The notes: generated from the sequence alone by a model not told the origin. Positions 45,070-58,566 are shown, counted from the stretch's first letter. The stretch is DNA of 64,000 nucleotides from Balamuthia mandrillaris (GCA_031835245.2 JAVKOQ020000052.1:124001-188000), one strand, 5' to 3'. Numbers and translations: made by a program.

Positions 45070-46079
45070 ATGCTGCAAGTCATAACGGGAGATCAGATCG
45101 AAGAAGTACAAAACATGTTTCCGGACGTGGGGGCAGAAACCATTCGAAAGCTATTCACCTCTGGGAAATGTGGGACGGCGGAAGAAGCTATCGACCATTT
45201 ATTGAGGCAACCACAAAAACCGTCCTCCACCGCTACTAACAGCACCAAAACAACAAACACTACGACAACACCCTCTACTTGGTCTTGTTCAGGTATGTTT
45301 CAAAGCACTCACATGTTCAATTTTGAAACTATGAGATGTATGACAGTATAATGCATGCACAGCGTGTACATTTGACAATAAGAACAGCGACGAGGTATGT
45401 GCGATGTGCAGTAAGCCAGGTCCGTTTTTGGGACGCACACCGAAGCCAGATACTACAAAGGTGTGCTTCCTCTTCTTCTTTGGCCCTTCTTCTCTTTGTT
45501 GTTCTTCTTCTTGTTCTTGTTGTTGTTCTTGTTCTTGTTCTCCTTCTCCTTCTCCTTCTCCTTCTCCTTCTCCTTCTCCTTCTCCTTCTCCTTCTCCTTC
45601 TCCTTCTCCTTCTCCTTCTCCTTCTCCTTCTCCTTCTTCTTAACACCAACACTAACCTTTCTTCAAGCCTGAAGCAACCACATCACCAACTAAAACAAGA
45701 CTGATAATACCAGGTTGGTGGGACGAATTTTGGAAGACTCAATCTTCCACCATTTGCGACTTTACCAAGACACAAGCTGAACAACTCCTCTTCAGTGTAA
45801 CGCTTTCATATCTTTCTTTCTTCTTGTTTCTTTCTGTTTCATTCTTTTTATTTATTTCTCTTCACAAAACAAAACCAAAAGGAGGGTAAATACAAAACGG
45901 ACAGTATTCTGACAGTCGACCTTGAGCAGCGGTTGCTGCAAGAGTTAGGAGGCAGCATGGTGCACGAGGACACCGCGCCCGTTGCCCAGCCAGCGTTTCC
46001 TTTCCCACGACCGATCCTCGTGCGTCCACCATATCATCGCCCTCCTGGTGGCGGCGGTGGCGCCATGGGCAAGAGATAA
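45070..46079 (+). CDS. Small protein with CUE-like domain and RanBP2/NZF zinc finger; about 4 exons
   Basis: IEEVQNMFPDV...AIDHLL (CUE); spliced WSCS|ACTFDNKNSDEVCAMC (NZF, TF motif); later exons read PEATT...GWWDEFWK...EGKYKTDSILTVDLEQRLLQEL...MGKR*. Confidence 0.7.
45538..45636 (+). repeat. (TCTCCT)n hexamer microsatellite in an intron
   Basis: Perfect tandem TCTCCT run read directly. Confidence 0.95.
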
Positions 46080-46254
46080 CAACACATTCTCTCCGCACCC
46101 ATCATGTATTCTAAAGTGATGTTATGTTGTTGCTAGATGAACAAAAGAACGTTGAGCGGAGAACAGAAGTGGTAAGAGTCGCTAGTCTCCGAGACCACGT
46201 GTCGACAATAACGTGCTTGTGCTTACGGCAAAAGAAAAGAAGAAGGAACCTGTA

Positions 46255-47944
46255 ATGTTACACCCAGCCAGGGAGGAGGTGTGTTGGATCGAGGAGACGC
46301 TTCCGGTGGAACTGTTGGGCTATGTGATGGAGCTTCTTCCCAGGGACATGGTGGCAGTGGCCGCCCGGACCTGCAAGAGATGGCGCTCATGTTGTCCCGA
46401 ACCGCTGAGACAAAAGCTTTCGGTGCGGAGAGCGTGTGGCAGTATTGCTTTCTTGCAGTGGGCCGTGGCCAATGGCTGTGAGTTGAACGAAAAGACTTGC
46501 GCGGTGGTGGCCGGTGAAGGCAAGTTGGAAGTGTTGAGGTGGGTCAGAGAGCAAAGGTGCTGCCCTTGGGACAGCAACACCAGCGTCGCTGCTGCCGCTG
46601 GAGGTCATTTGGAAGTGCTGAAGTATCTTAAAGAGCAGGGCTGCCCCTTTGACCAAGGGACGAGCCTCGCGGCAGCCGGCGGCGGTCACTTGGAGGTTCT
46701 CCAATGGCTCTTCCAAGAGCTTCGCTCAGAGAGCTTCCCTCACAAGAACAACACCACTCTATGCAAGGCAGCAGCACAAAACGGTCATTTGACAGTGCTC
46801 CAATGGGCTAGACAGGAGGCAGGATACCCGTGGGACGGAGGAACGACCGCCGCAGCGGCCCAGGGCGGACATCTGGAGTTGCTGAAGTGGGCCAAAGAGA
46901 ACGGATGTCCGTGCAATAAGAAGGTCGGCATGGCAGCAACCCGCGGAGGACATTTGGAGGTGCTGAAGTGGGCTTGTGAGAATGACTGCCCTTGGGACCT
47001 CGGAACGTGCATGGTGGCGGCAGCGAATGGACGGCTGGGCATGCTGCAATGGCTTTGGGTGACATACAGCGAGCATTTTCACTGGCACGCCTCTGTTTGC
47101 ACCATGGCAGCGGCCAATGGTCATTTAGAACTGTTGCGGTGGGCGCGTGAGCAAGGATGTCCTTGGCACAGCAGCACGTGCAGCCAGGCAGCAAGAACTG
47201 GCCAATTGGAGGTGCTGCAATGGCTGCATGAGCAGGGGTGCCCTTGGAGCGAACAGACATGTGCCAACGCAGCCAGTGGTGGGCATTTGCAGGTTCTTCA
47301 GTGGGCTAGAGAGAAAGGGTGCCCTTGGAGTGACCAGGTTTGCGTTCTCCTCATCTCTCTCTCTCCCTCTCTCTCTCCCTCTCCTCTCTCTCTCTCTCTC
47401 TGTCTTTCCTCGTCCTCCTCCAGCTCCTTGTTCTATCGTTTTACGTTCCCTGGGCAAACAGACATGTCGCGAAGCAGCTGAAACCGGCCAGTTGGAAGTG
47501 CTAAAGTGGGCTCGTTCCAACGGATGTCCTTGGAATGCGGAAACGACAAGAGCTGCGGCAAGGCACCAAAGGCTGGACATGCTTCAGTGGGCCTACGAAC
47601 AAGGATGTCCTCTAGACATGCAAACCCTCTGCACCTTTGCAGCCAGGAGCAACAACTTGAAGATGCTTCAATGGGCAAGAGAGATAGGGTGTCCTTGGAG
47701 TGTTCAAGTCTGCACCGAAGCGGCCAACAATGGAAACCTGGAACTCCTACAATGGGCCAGAGAGAATGGATGTCCTTGGGACGAGTCTACATGTTACGTT
47801 GCTGCAAGCCACGGCCATTTGGATATGCTTCAGTGGGCGAGAGAGAATGGATGTCCTTGGGATAAGCTTACGTTTCAAATGGCAAAGTTTAGAGGGGGTG
47901 AGGTACTGAGATGGGTGCGAAAGAATGGCTGCCCAAGGGAGTAA
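46255..47944 (+). CDS. F-box plus ankyrin-repeat protein of the giant-virus 'CPWD' repeat type; exons 46255-47337, 47462-47944
   Basis: F-box LPVELLGYVMELL...AARTCKRWR, then many ~25-aa repeats GCPW(D/S)xxTCxxAAxxGHLEVLQWARE. Confidence 0.9.
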
Positions 47945-47963
47945 CTTTTGTTTTGCAATAAAG

Positions 47964-48668
47964 CTAAGAAACGCTGAGATGTCCAGACTTGAACCACAAC
48001 GTGCATCCGCTTGTATTGGTTGTAAAGACTTGCTGCCTCCCCTCAAACGAGGCCGGTGTTCGCAGCCAGTCATGCTGCTTCATCTCATACGCCGTCTCTT
48101 CTTCTCCTTCAAGTTGTTTCACCGCAACGAGACCCTCCAACACGAATATTTCTTGACCTCCTTTGGGGACCGGTCTGGAAAAGGAACTGCCTTCGGTCAG
48201 CCTCTCGGCCCAAACGATCTCTCCTGTCTTGGGGTTGTCAAACAGCCTCATCACTCGGGTTCCATCGCTGGACTGTCCCACCCAGCTGTCGTCCTTGAGG
48301 ATGTTCTTTCGCACCGTTTCTTCCGTCTCGTCAGTCATTTGTCGCAGCTTGACAAAGATGATGCAGCCTCTCTCCGTGAAGGGAGCATGACTGGAGTTGA
48401 TGGGGTTGCGAACGTAGGCACCCGGTCCAAAATGGCCGTGCTCATCGGAGAACACGCCCTCCAACACGATGAACTCCTCCCCGGCTCCGTGAACATGAGA
48501 AGGGAAGCAACAACCGGCCTCGTATTTGACGAGGCTGGAGGCTCTGGCCACTTCATCCCCGTCCCGCTCTATCATGCGTCGGTGAACGCCTGCTGCTGGA
48601 GAGGGCACCCATTCCAGTGCGGAGGTGTCCACAAAGGCAGGAAGCGTGAGGTCGCTGTGTATCTTCAT
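47964..48668 (-). CDS. ChrR-like (Cupin_7) bicupin protein, bacterial-like, intronless
   Basis: WVPSPAAGVHRRMIERDGDEVARASSLVKY...FPSHVHGAGEEFIVLEGVFSDEHG...YVRNP..SSHAP...GCIIFVKL; second cupin ends LWFKSGHL. Confidence 0.9.
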   Translation of the reverse strand: MKIHSDLTLPAFVDTSALEWVPSPAAGVHRRMIERDGDEVARASSLVKYEAGCCFPSHVHGAGEEFIVLEGVFSDEHGHFGPGAYVRNPINSSHAPFTERGCIIFVKLRQMTDETEETVRKNILKDDSWVGQSSDGTRVMRLFDNPKTGEIVWAERLTEGSSFSRPVPKGGQEIFVLEGLVAVKQLEGEEETAYEMKQHDWLRTPASFEGRQQVFTTNTSGCTLWFKSGHLSVS

Positions 48669-48699
48669 TCTCTTTTTTCTTTTCACTTTTCTTTGCCAG

Positions 48700-48788
48700 G
48701 TCGACACGAAATATAACCCCTTTTGTGTCGACGTGGGGTTCAGTGTCGACAATAAATATTTGGGTCGACACGATGTATTTTTGTCGAC
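48700..48788. promoter_or_regulatory. Array of five GTCGAC palindromes upstream of the cupin gene
   Basis: GTCGAC at 48700, 48727, 48745, 48764, 48783. Confidence 0.6.
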
Positions 48789-48825
48789 GTGGAAAGAAAA
48801 GGGAACAAAAAAGAAGAGAAAAGGA

Positions 48826-49611
48826 TCAACTGTTCACCTCCTCTTGCTTGGTGGGTTGTTGGCTCGGGGCCGATCCGCCAGCGTTGTTGTTGTTGTTGTT
48901 GGTTTCCTCTGCTGCCACTTCTTCTTCCTCTTCCTCTTCCTCCTCATTCTCTTCTTTGTCACCTTTTTTGGATTGTGCTCCTTTCCGCTTTGGAAGATTG
49001 GAGAGAAATGCTTTCTCCCAGTCGTTTTCTCCCAAGTACGATAACAATATTTCAAACACTGTGAAGAAGCAAAGAAGAAAAGGAAGGAGATGAGAAGAAG
49101 AAAACGTTAGTTGCTTTGAAACTAAAGAGAAAAAAAATGAAGCAAAAAAGGCGCACCATGATTGACGGTAAGAACTTTGCGAGTGGAGAGCTTCAAGTAC
49201 TCATCGATGGGCAAACGCGCCGTTGCTATTCCTTCTTCTTGTGCTTTGGTGTATGTTATGTTCTTTGTGAAAGAGCGAAAAAAACAAGATAAGAAAAGAG
49301 AAGAGGAATAAGAAAGAAGCTCCAAGAAAGACAAAGAGATAAAGACGAAAGGCAAAAAAAAAAAGAAAGAGCAATGGAGTACTTTGAGCCGGTTGTGATC
49401 AACAATGCCACCAATGATGTAAACTTTGGTGGGATCTAACGTGGTGATGCAGTCGGGAGAATCGGAGGTTAAGTACACTAGCTCTTCCTTGTTGAATACC
49501 TCCATGTAGTGCTTATCCTCTATATGAACCTTTATTTATGAGACCAAGAGAGAACGGAGAAAGTGTTAAAGGAGAGAGCAGATAAGTGAGAAGAGAGAAG
49601 TAGCAGAGGAA

Positions 49612-49646
<35 letters not shown>

Positions 49647-50616
49647 ATGAGAAGCAAAAGCAGAAGACGGGTATGAGAGAAGACACAAGAGAAAAGTGAA
49701 CGAGAGAGAGACAACATTCAACCGGAATGGACCCGAAAGACGAACCTCTTTCCAGTTGGAAAAGCCAGAGGTGTGGTTGTTGAGGTGCTCCTTCAGTTGC
49801 CCATGAAAGCCCGTCAAATACAAATCCAACGCTGGGTCTGCAATCTTCACGACAAAAACAGATCAACAAAAGAGAGAGAAAGAGGAGAGGGAGAGAGAGA
49901 AAGAGAGAGAGGAGAGGGAGGGAGGGAGGGAGAGAGAGGGAGGGAGGGAGAGAAGGAGAGAAAAAGAACAAACCCTATTGCAGGAGTAGCATCGCGCTAC
50001 TTGATTGGCCAACTTAACTATCTCCTATTTTTTTTTCCCCCATTCAATCGTTCCTCCATTAACAACAAAGTTCAAGCAAAAGAGTAGAAGAAGAGCAGTC
50101 GCAAAGAAAGATACAAACTTTAGGAACCATGACGGAGTCAAAGGAGCAGTCGATGACCACTCGCTGGGAGGAGATGCGGTGCGTGCGCTGGAGCAGTGCC
50201 TTTTCTTTCTTGCTGGGTCCTCGCTTGATGCCCTGCTCCTTGTCCGCTTTCTTCCTCTCCTTGAGGCGCAGGCGCCGTTGGGCGCGCTGGTAGCGCCGCT
50301 TCTCCTTCAGCCGCTCCAGATTTCTCATCTTTTTCAGCTGCCGCTTCGTGAGCGGTTGCTGTTGGCCGTCTTCCTCTCGTTGCACTCCTTCTTCTTCTTC
50401 ATCCTCCACCCCATCCTCCTCGTGTTCCTCATCATCGCTTTGATCGGGGTTACCTCCTCTCTCTTCTTCGTTTGCTTCGGTTTTACGTCGTTTGTGACTG
50501 GAACTGCCACCACCACCTTCTTTGTTTGTGGCGTGGCTCTCGCCTTCTTCCCCTTGTTGCTGCTGTTGTTGTTGCTGAAGCCCTTCTTCTTCCTCCGCTC
50601 CGCTTTCTCTCTTCAT
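48826..50616 (-). CDS. TRMT10A: tRNA m1G9 methyltransferase (Trm10), multi-exon
   Basis: LTKRQLKK, RVVIDCSFDSVM, LANQVARCYSCNR, LVYLTSDSP...KVYIIGGIVDHNRLK, TARLPIDEY...RKVLTVNH, W..AF...LPKRK. Confidence 0.93.
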
Positions 50617-50676
50617 CTTTTTTGGTTTTTGTTTTTTTGTTGTTCGTGACTCCTCCTTCAAATATCACCTATTCGA

Positions 50677-50723
50677 TGACATCAGCATGTAGCCGCTTAA
50701 AATAGCAGAACATGCTGATGTCA
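50677..50723. repeat. Perfect 14-bp inverted repeat TGACATCAGCATGT...ACATGCTGATGTCA with 19-bp spacer, upstream of TRMT10
   Basis: Arms 50677-50690 and 50710-50723 are exact reverse complements. Confidence 0.85.
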
Positions 50724-50787
50724 GCGGTGCCACAGATACTTTGAACAAGAGCAAAAAGTGTCTGTTGGTGGAACTTTCTTGGTGGTT

Positions 50788-52481
50788 TTACGTTTCATTC
50801 TCTTCTTGTTCTTCTTCGGCCGCTTCACGAACGCACTTGGGGCATCGGCAGCGGAAGAGATAATACTGTTGCAACTGCCGCTGTCTCTCCTTGTATCCCA
50901 ACGTCTCATCAATGTAGGAGAAGCACAGCTCGGTCCCGCGCCTTATCACGTCCTCCTCCTCCTCCGCTTCCTCCCTCGTCTTTCCTTCTTTCTCTTCTTC
51001 GTCTTCCTCCGCTTCCGCGGGTATAGCCACCACTCGGACCATCTCCGAGTTGAAGCACGACACCACGATGGCGTTTGGTTGGCAGCTGTGGTTCATGCAG
51101 TTGGCGATGGCGAAGAGGCCGCTCCCTCCTTTGATCATGAGCCTTTTGGCGATGGGGCTCTCCAGCAAGTCTAAGGGCGAGTCGAAACGCCTTTTGCCGA
51201 CGAGTTGCTTCAACTCTTCTTCCACCTTCTTATTGTGTGCCGCTGCATCAAAAGTCTTGTCTTCTCTTTCGCCTTCTCCTTCCTCTGTTGATGATTCTTT
51301 GTCGTTCGTTTCTGAGTCGTCTGCGTTCTGTTGTTCGTCTTCTCGCTTTTCTTCTTTGTTGCTCTCTTGAGAAGATGAAGAAGATGAAGCATTTGTTTGG
51401 CCCACTTTGAAGAGTTTACGGAGGGCATTGTTGATGGTGGCCATAATCTCGTTTTGGACGGAGGGAGGAGAGGTCACCAAAAAGGTGTGAAGATCGGAGA
51501 CTGGAGCGATGGTTTGTGCGTTACGTAGGATCGCTCCGTTGAGAAGTCTAAAGTTCTCCAAGTTTATAACTAAGATTTAAGATAAGAACGAGAGAAGAGC
51601 GCAGAACAGAGACGTTAGAATAGAGACAGCGAATAGCAGGGAGGAAAAGAAAAGAGAAGCAAATGAGAAAAGAGAGTAGAGAGGAAGAGAGAAACAGAGA
51701 AGAGAGAACGTAGAAACCTGAACGAAGTGAGTTGTCTCCCGAAGGAACAAGGGCCTCTTGAATAAGCTGCACGCTTTCTTCATCTTGCGGACTGGGTTCC
51801 TGATTCGAGATGAAGTTAGCGAATGGCTCGAAGGCTCGTTTAGGATCACAGCCAGTGCGTTTGCATTGCTGAGCCACTATTCCGAATGCTCTTGCTATCA
51901 TCAACGGATTGGTTCGTTGATGTTCTCTTTGTTTAGGTATGGCGAGAGGATAATGAATGAAGAAAGGCATAACAAGTACAGATAATGAGAAAACGCAAGA
52001 TGAAGCAGGAGAATCATATGAAGAAAAAAGAGTGAAGAGAAGAAAGAAGACAGAAGATAGGGTGCAGAAGAAAGAAGAAAGGAGGTACTTTGCAATCTTT
52101 TCGAGCCGCAATAAGGGATGATCAGGGTTATCGCCACCAACGCACATGACTTCATGATAGCTGTCCCATGCCATCTGTCGACATCCCTCGCCGCAATACT
52201 GCTCTCGGTTGCAATGAGGACATTGTACAAACTTTGGAGGACCACCGGGATAGATGAGCTCGTAAATGCCAGTTTCTGTTGGTAACAATAACTCCGAACG
52301 AGGTATGCTTGAACGCAGACATTTGCTGCAACAAGGAATTCTGTTCTCCTCCTTGTTTTATTTAAAAAGCGTCAGGTCAAGAAACTGTGAATGAAGGATG
52401 AAGAAGAGGAACAATACCTCCTCATCTTCCACAAAGCGGTGAGAAACGACAGGAATCTCTGTTGAGAAGAATTAGTCTACA

Positions 52482-52512
<31 letters not shown>

Positions 52513-53237
52513 ACAGACCAACAAAGATTGAGTCCCCATAATTGAAGTCTTTGGTGGTAACAACTCCTTTGCCACGCTCCTTGTTGAGATACTTCACTTC
52601 AACGTTAGTGCTCCCGTCCACCAATCTTCGCTTTAGGTCAGCTCTAAAGTATTTCTCTGCACTCCAACACCCAGTAAAACGCTTTCTACTCAGAGAAAAG
52701 AGAGAGAACGAGAGAGAAGGGAAGACGAGAGAACGAGAGAACGAGAGAATGAGAGAAGCGAACCGGTGTATAGCTTCTCAGCTTTTTGAAAGGCCTGCTG
52801 AAAGGTAGTGTGCTCCGGAGCGAGCTGCAAGGCACGAGCGAACGAGTTTCTAGCCTCCCACTCCATCTCCAGCGCCAGCAAAGCATTACCGTGATGCCAA
52901 TAACCCTGTTTATTTTTTTCTTCGGAGTAAGGGAGAGAGAAAGAGAGAGAGAGCAGACGAGAAAGAGGAGATGGAAGAATGGGGGAAAGGAGGGTACTTT
53001 TGCCCAAGAAGCATCGCGAGTGATGGCCATGCAAGCATCCTCCAAGGCCTCCGTCGGGCGATTCAGTTTGAGATGGACGATGGAGCGATTGCCGTAGGTG
53101 AGGGCGTTGGCGTCGTCCAAGGAGAGGGACTGCGAGTAGAGCTGCAGGGCTAGCAACAGGTTGCCCTGGCCGTAGGCCTTGTTGCCTTGGTCCTTGAACT
53201 CTTGGGCCTTTTCTCTTTGCTCTTCTTCTGCTTTCAT
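50788..53237 (-). CDS. TPR plus SET/MYND (SMYD5-like) lysine methyltransferase, multi-exon
   Basis: TPR KDQGNKAY...YGNRS...WAKGYW; SET-N RGKGVV; CSKC...CPHC...YC...C..AWDSYH..C; MNHSCQPN, ELCFSYI, YLFRCRCPKC. Confidence 0.9.
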
Positions 53238-53300
53238 TTTTTTTTTTGTTTTTTGATTGCAATCAACAATCACGACGACATGGATCATTTGAGAAAATAA

Positions 53301-53372
53301 TGTCGACAATATGACGATTTTAAGTCGACATTTACGCGATTTGAATTGTGTCGACATGTAATGTTGTCGACA
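53301..53372. promoter_or_regulatory. Array of four (T)GTCGACA palindromes in the bidirectional promoter between the SET and 2OG-oxygenase genes
   Basis: TGTCGACA 53301, GTCGACA 53324, TGTCGACA 53349 and 53365. Confidence 0.6.
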
Positions 53373-53438
53373 CATTGAATTTTTTTAAAATTTTAGATAT
53401 TTCGATAAAATATTGTGTAACGAGCATAAAGAGAGAAA

Positions 53439-54779
53439 ATGGAAGAGCACAGCTCGACGACGTTTCGTTTTGCACGCTTGCGAGAGGAGTTCAACGGGTG
53501 GAAAGCAAAGGCAGATGAAGAAGGAGAACCGGATGCGGTACGCTCAGTGGAAACGGTGAAGGCGTTCTGTGAGTGTCTTCGGATTCATGGATGGGCCAGG
53601 CTTTCTTTGGAAGGAGAGAGCAGTTGCAGCAGCGTATTAACAAACATGTACGATGCAGCCAGGAGAGCGTTTGAACTGGAAGAGGAGAACGGTGTGCTGT
53701 CTTCCAACTGCCCTTATCAGGATTCAACGGAAGCTGGCTACTGTAACGCTACCGATTTATCCAAACAATTCTTTGCGGTGTGTTTGTTTGCTTCTTCTTG
53801 TTCTTCTTCTTCTTCTTCTTCTTCTTCTTCTTCTTCTTCTTCTTCTTCTTCTTCTTCTTCTTCTGTCTCTCTCCTCTTCCTCCTCGCTTATCATTTCCAC
53901 TTCCAATCAACAGGTTCGACTTTGCAAGAACGACCAACAACTGTACAAACCATCGTCACTCTCCACACAACAACCACCACAAACCACTTTTCTGCCTGTC
54001 TCCTTTGAACAACAATGCCTTTCCACCTTTTGCTTCCTTCGGCATCTCAGTCATCAATGCCTGCTCTTCCTTTCGGTTGGGCTTCGAACACAACCTGAAA
54101 AACTGGAACAACTACTTGTGCCACAAAAGCAACATGGAGAAGGAGAAGAGGCGGAGGAGAGTGAAAAAGATTTCTCAGACTCATTCTTGCACGTATTCAA
54201 GTACGAACCATCGCCGGATGTGGAGCTGCCTTGTCCGGCTCACACAGATAGCGGCCTGGTCACCGTGATCCCTTGCTCTGACGCTGCTGGTCTTGAGATC
54301 CTGGTTCGCTTTGTTTATATGCTTACCCTTTGCCTTCCATCTTCATCTTTGGTGCTCTTATCGCTCTTCTTGACCTCTGTTCTCATGAACAGGACTGGAG
54401 CACCTTCTCATGGGTAAACGTGGAGCAGCAAGCCAACTTCCCAACGGACGTGATTGTGCTCCTCGGTGAAACGGTGGCTCGCCTCACGTGCATGCATTAC
54501 CAAGCTTCTGTCCATCGAGTGGTTCTCTCATCTTTCCATCCTCTTCTTTTCTCTTTTCTTCTTGATGAATTCTCTCTCCTCGTATCTTCTCCTTCTTCTT
54601 GCTCATGAGCTCGTTGAACCTCCCAGAGTCGACCCAAGTCGGTTCGTTATTCGCTTCCGTTTCAGCTGAGAGGACATCCCAAAGCCATTCTGGATTCCGC
54701 GGGCCTTGCCAGCCCAACACTTGGCCCCATCCCGCCCTCGCTCCAACCCAAGGTCCCCCTGGCCGACTTTCTTGAGTAA
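53439..54779 (+). CDS. 2-oxoglutarate/Fe(II)-dependent dioxygenase (IPNS/PcbC-like), about 4 exons
   Basis: HTD (CPAHTDSGLVTV...GLEI), distal His (ASVHRV), RYS motif in last exon SRPKSVRYSLPFQLR...LADFLE*. Confidence 0.88.
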
Positions 54780-55079
54780 CGCGGGACACAAAGAGAAGAC
54801 AGAGAGTCAGAGAGATCCGCCGTGCTTCTTTCGAAAACGGATTGGCGTAGAAATTTCGTATCCAATAGTATTTCATATATCGATCGAAATTTCAGCAAAG
54901 CATATCCGTTAAAATTTTTCGTCTTTTCCCCACCAAAACGGAGACACGAAAGAAAACCGCCGAGAAGAAGAAGGAAGAGGAGGAGGAGAGGGAAGAGAAG
55001 AGAGAGATTAAGAGTAAACCATTGTTCTGGTGTGTGTCGCAGCTCTTTTGTTTGGTTAGTTTCAAAATTTTTCCTTCGA

Positions 55080-56966
55080 ATGGCGACGCAAGCGTTTGGT
55101 CTTGCAGGAGGAGACTATTCCCACTTTCAGCTCCTCCAGCAGCAACAGCAGCAACAAAAACAACAACAGCAGCAAGCTTATTACCAGCAGCAGCAGCAGC
55201 ACCACAACGACCAGGATGGCGCAGCAGGATCTTCCTCTTCCTCTGCTTCTGCCTCTGCTTCCACGTTGCCTCACCTCTCTGAACATTTTGCCAACCTGCC
55301 TCATTTCTCCCAACTCAACCATCACCCCCATCGTGACGCTGGGGAGGCACAAACGCAGCCAGACAACACCGCGAGCGCTGAAGCTGATCCCCACCACCAC
55401 CACCACCACCTCCACCACCCTCCTCCTTCTCATCAAAGACAACCGCAATCGCAGCCGCAAGCGCCACAGCAGCAACAGCAACAGGACATGATGGCGGCCA
55501 TGGCTCAGCTCAATGAGCAACTGGCTGCTGCGCAACAGCAGGCCACCTCCACTGGCGGTGGCGGCGGGGGAGGAGGAGGTGCTCCTTCTGCTGCCCTAAA
55601 CTACTACGTAGGCCCTTCTCTTTGGTTTTTTTTAAAAGCCCTGCTTTTATGTTCTCTCGTCATTCTCATTTTTTCTTTCTTCTTTGCGCTCCTCTCCTCT
55701 GCCTCTATGCTCCTCTCGTTCTCGTTTTCTCTCTCTCTCTCTCATTTTGTGCTCTCGTTCCCTCCTCTTTCTCTCTGGCTTCGCTCGTTCTGTCGTTCTC
55801 TCTCTGCTTCTCTCGGTCTCTCGTTCGACTCTCCACTCTCCTCTTTCTTGCACCCTTTCTAACAACGTTGAAATAGGACTACCAACAACAACCATCAGCA
55901 GAGCAGTTAGAACAGTTCTCGAAAATGTTTGCTGGCAATCATCTCGGAATGGTTTGCTTCTTGCTTCTTGTTATGCTTCTTGTTTTTCTTCCTCTTCATT
56001 CTTCTTCGTTCTTCTTCGTTCTTCTTCTTGTTCTTCTTCTTCTTCTTCTTGTTCTTGTTCTTCTTCTTCCTTCTTCCTTCTTCCTTCTTCTTCTCTTTCT
56101 TCGTTCTTCTTTCTTCTTCTCTTTCTTCGTTCTTCTCCTTCCCCGTTTCTTTCAGGCGTGGCTTCTTCTCTCACCAACAACAAACCATCCTGCCCAACAC
56201 AACGCCAACACACACCATTGCAGATGCCACACCCAATATTAGCTCCCATCTACCACCAAATGGCAGCGGCAGCCGGCGGCCCCACCGGCATGGTGCCTGC
56301 TGCGGCGGCGGCAGCGGCCATGGCGGGCGCAGCCCACGCAGACATGGAAGAGCCCTTGTACGTCAACGCCAAGCAGTACCACCGCATCCTCAAACGTCGT
56401 CAAGCGAGAGCTCGCTTTGAAATCAAGCACAAGATCCCCAAAGAAAGAAGCGTATGCTCTCTTCTCTTCTCTTCTCTTCTCTTCTCCTCTTCATAGCTTT
56501 CTCTCCTTTCTTTTGTGCTGATAAACCAAACGAATAGAAATATTTGCATCAATCGAGGCATGTCCATGCGAAACGAAGAGCGAGAGGCAACGGAGGGCGG
56601 TTCCTCACGAATGCGGAAAAGGCTGAGCTAAGAATGAACGGAGAGGAAGAAGAAGAGGAGGAAGAGGACGAGGAGGAAGAGTCGCAGCGAAACAACAATC
56701 GACAAAATAAGAGAAGAAGAGTAACAGGAAGGAATGAAGAGGAGGAGGAGGAGGAGGAGGAGGAAGAACGGCATAGGGATTACGAAAGAAGATACCAACA
56801 ACGAGGAGGAGGAGCTCTTCCTCAGTCATCCGCATCTGCAAGGTTGATGTCTTTGGGATTTGCAAGTTCCACCTCGTCTGCATTTAGTGCTCTTCAACAA
56901 CAGAAAAACGATCAACGCACTAACGGTGAAGAAGATGAAGAAAAGGAAAACGATAATAGAACATGA
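55080..56966 (+). CDS. NFYA: Nuclear transcription factor Y subunit alpha (CBF-B/HAP2), multi-exon
   Basis: Q/H-rich N-terminus; EEPLYVNAKQYHRILKRRQARA and YLHQSRHVHAKRRARGNGGRFL. Confidence 0.95.
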
Positions 56967-57122
56967 AGCAAAGCAAGAACGCAGAAAAAAAAGATTGTGT
57001 ACAGAAGAAAGGCAAGAATAGCATAGAGTTTGAAGAATGAAGTTTGTTGAGAGATGCTGCACATATGCGGCCAAAAAAATAACAACAAAAAAAGCAAAGA
57101 AAGACAAAGTTAAAAAAAAGAG

Positions 57123-58348
<1,226 letters not shown>

Positions 58349-58566
58349 CTTCCTTATCGTTTCAGCAGGCCTTATGAAGCAACAGATGTTTTAAAAAAAA
58401 GCTTCGAGTGGATCGGCGTAGCAAGCGTGCGCGCGTGTGTGTGTGAAGCTATTTTTTTTTTTTCTACAAGTTTCGTTCGTTCTTCTGTCCAAAACTTCCC
58501 TTCCAAACAACAGTGAGCAGCGGACTTCTATTTTTTTTTGTTTTCTGGAGCAGACGAGGAGCTGTG

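Noticed and set aside
45329..45704. Poly-Arg, poly-Leu and (SP)n ORFs
   Set aside because: Translations of the intronic (TCTCCT)n microsatellite; the same applies to the many RERERE/LSLSLS ORFs across the window
47925..48716. 263-aa plus-strand ORF antisense to the cupin gene
   Set aside because: No motifs; explained as the shadow of the well-supported minus-strand gene
48700..48788. CRISPR-like array (regularly spaced GTCGAC)
   Set aside because: Repeats are only 6-8 bp with 12-21 bp spacers, no cas genes are present, and the context is eukaryotic
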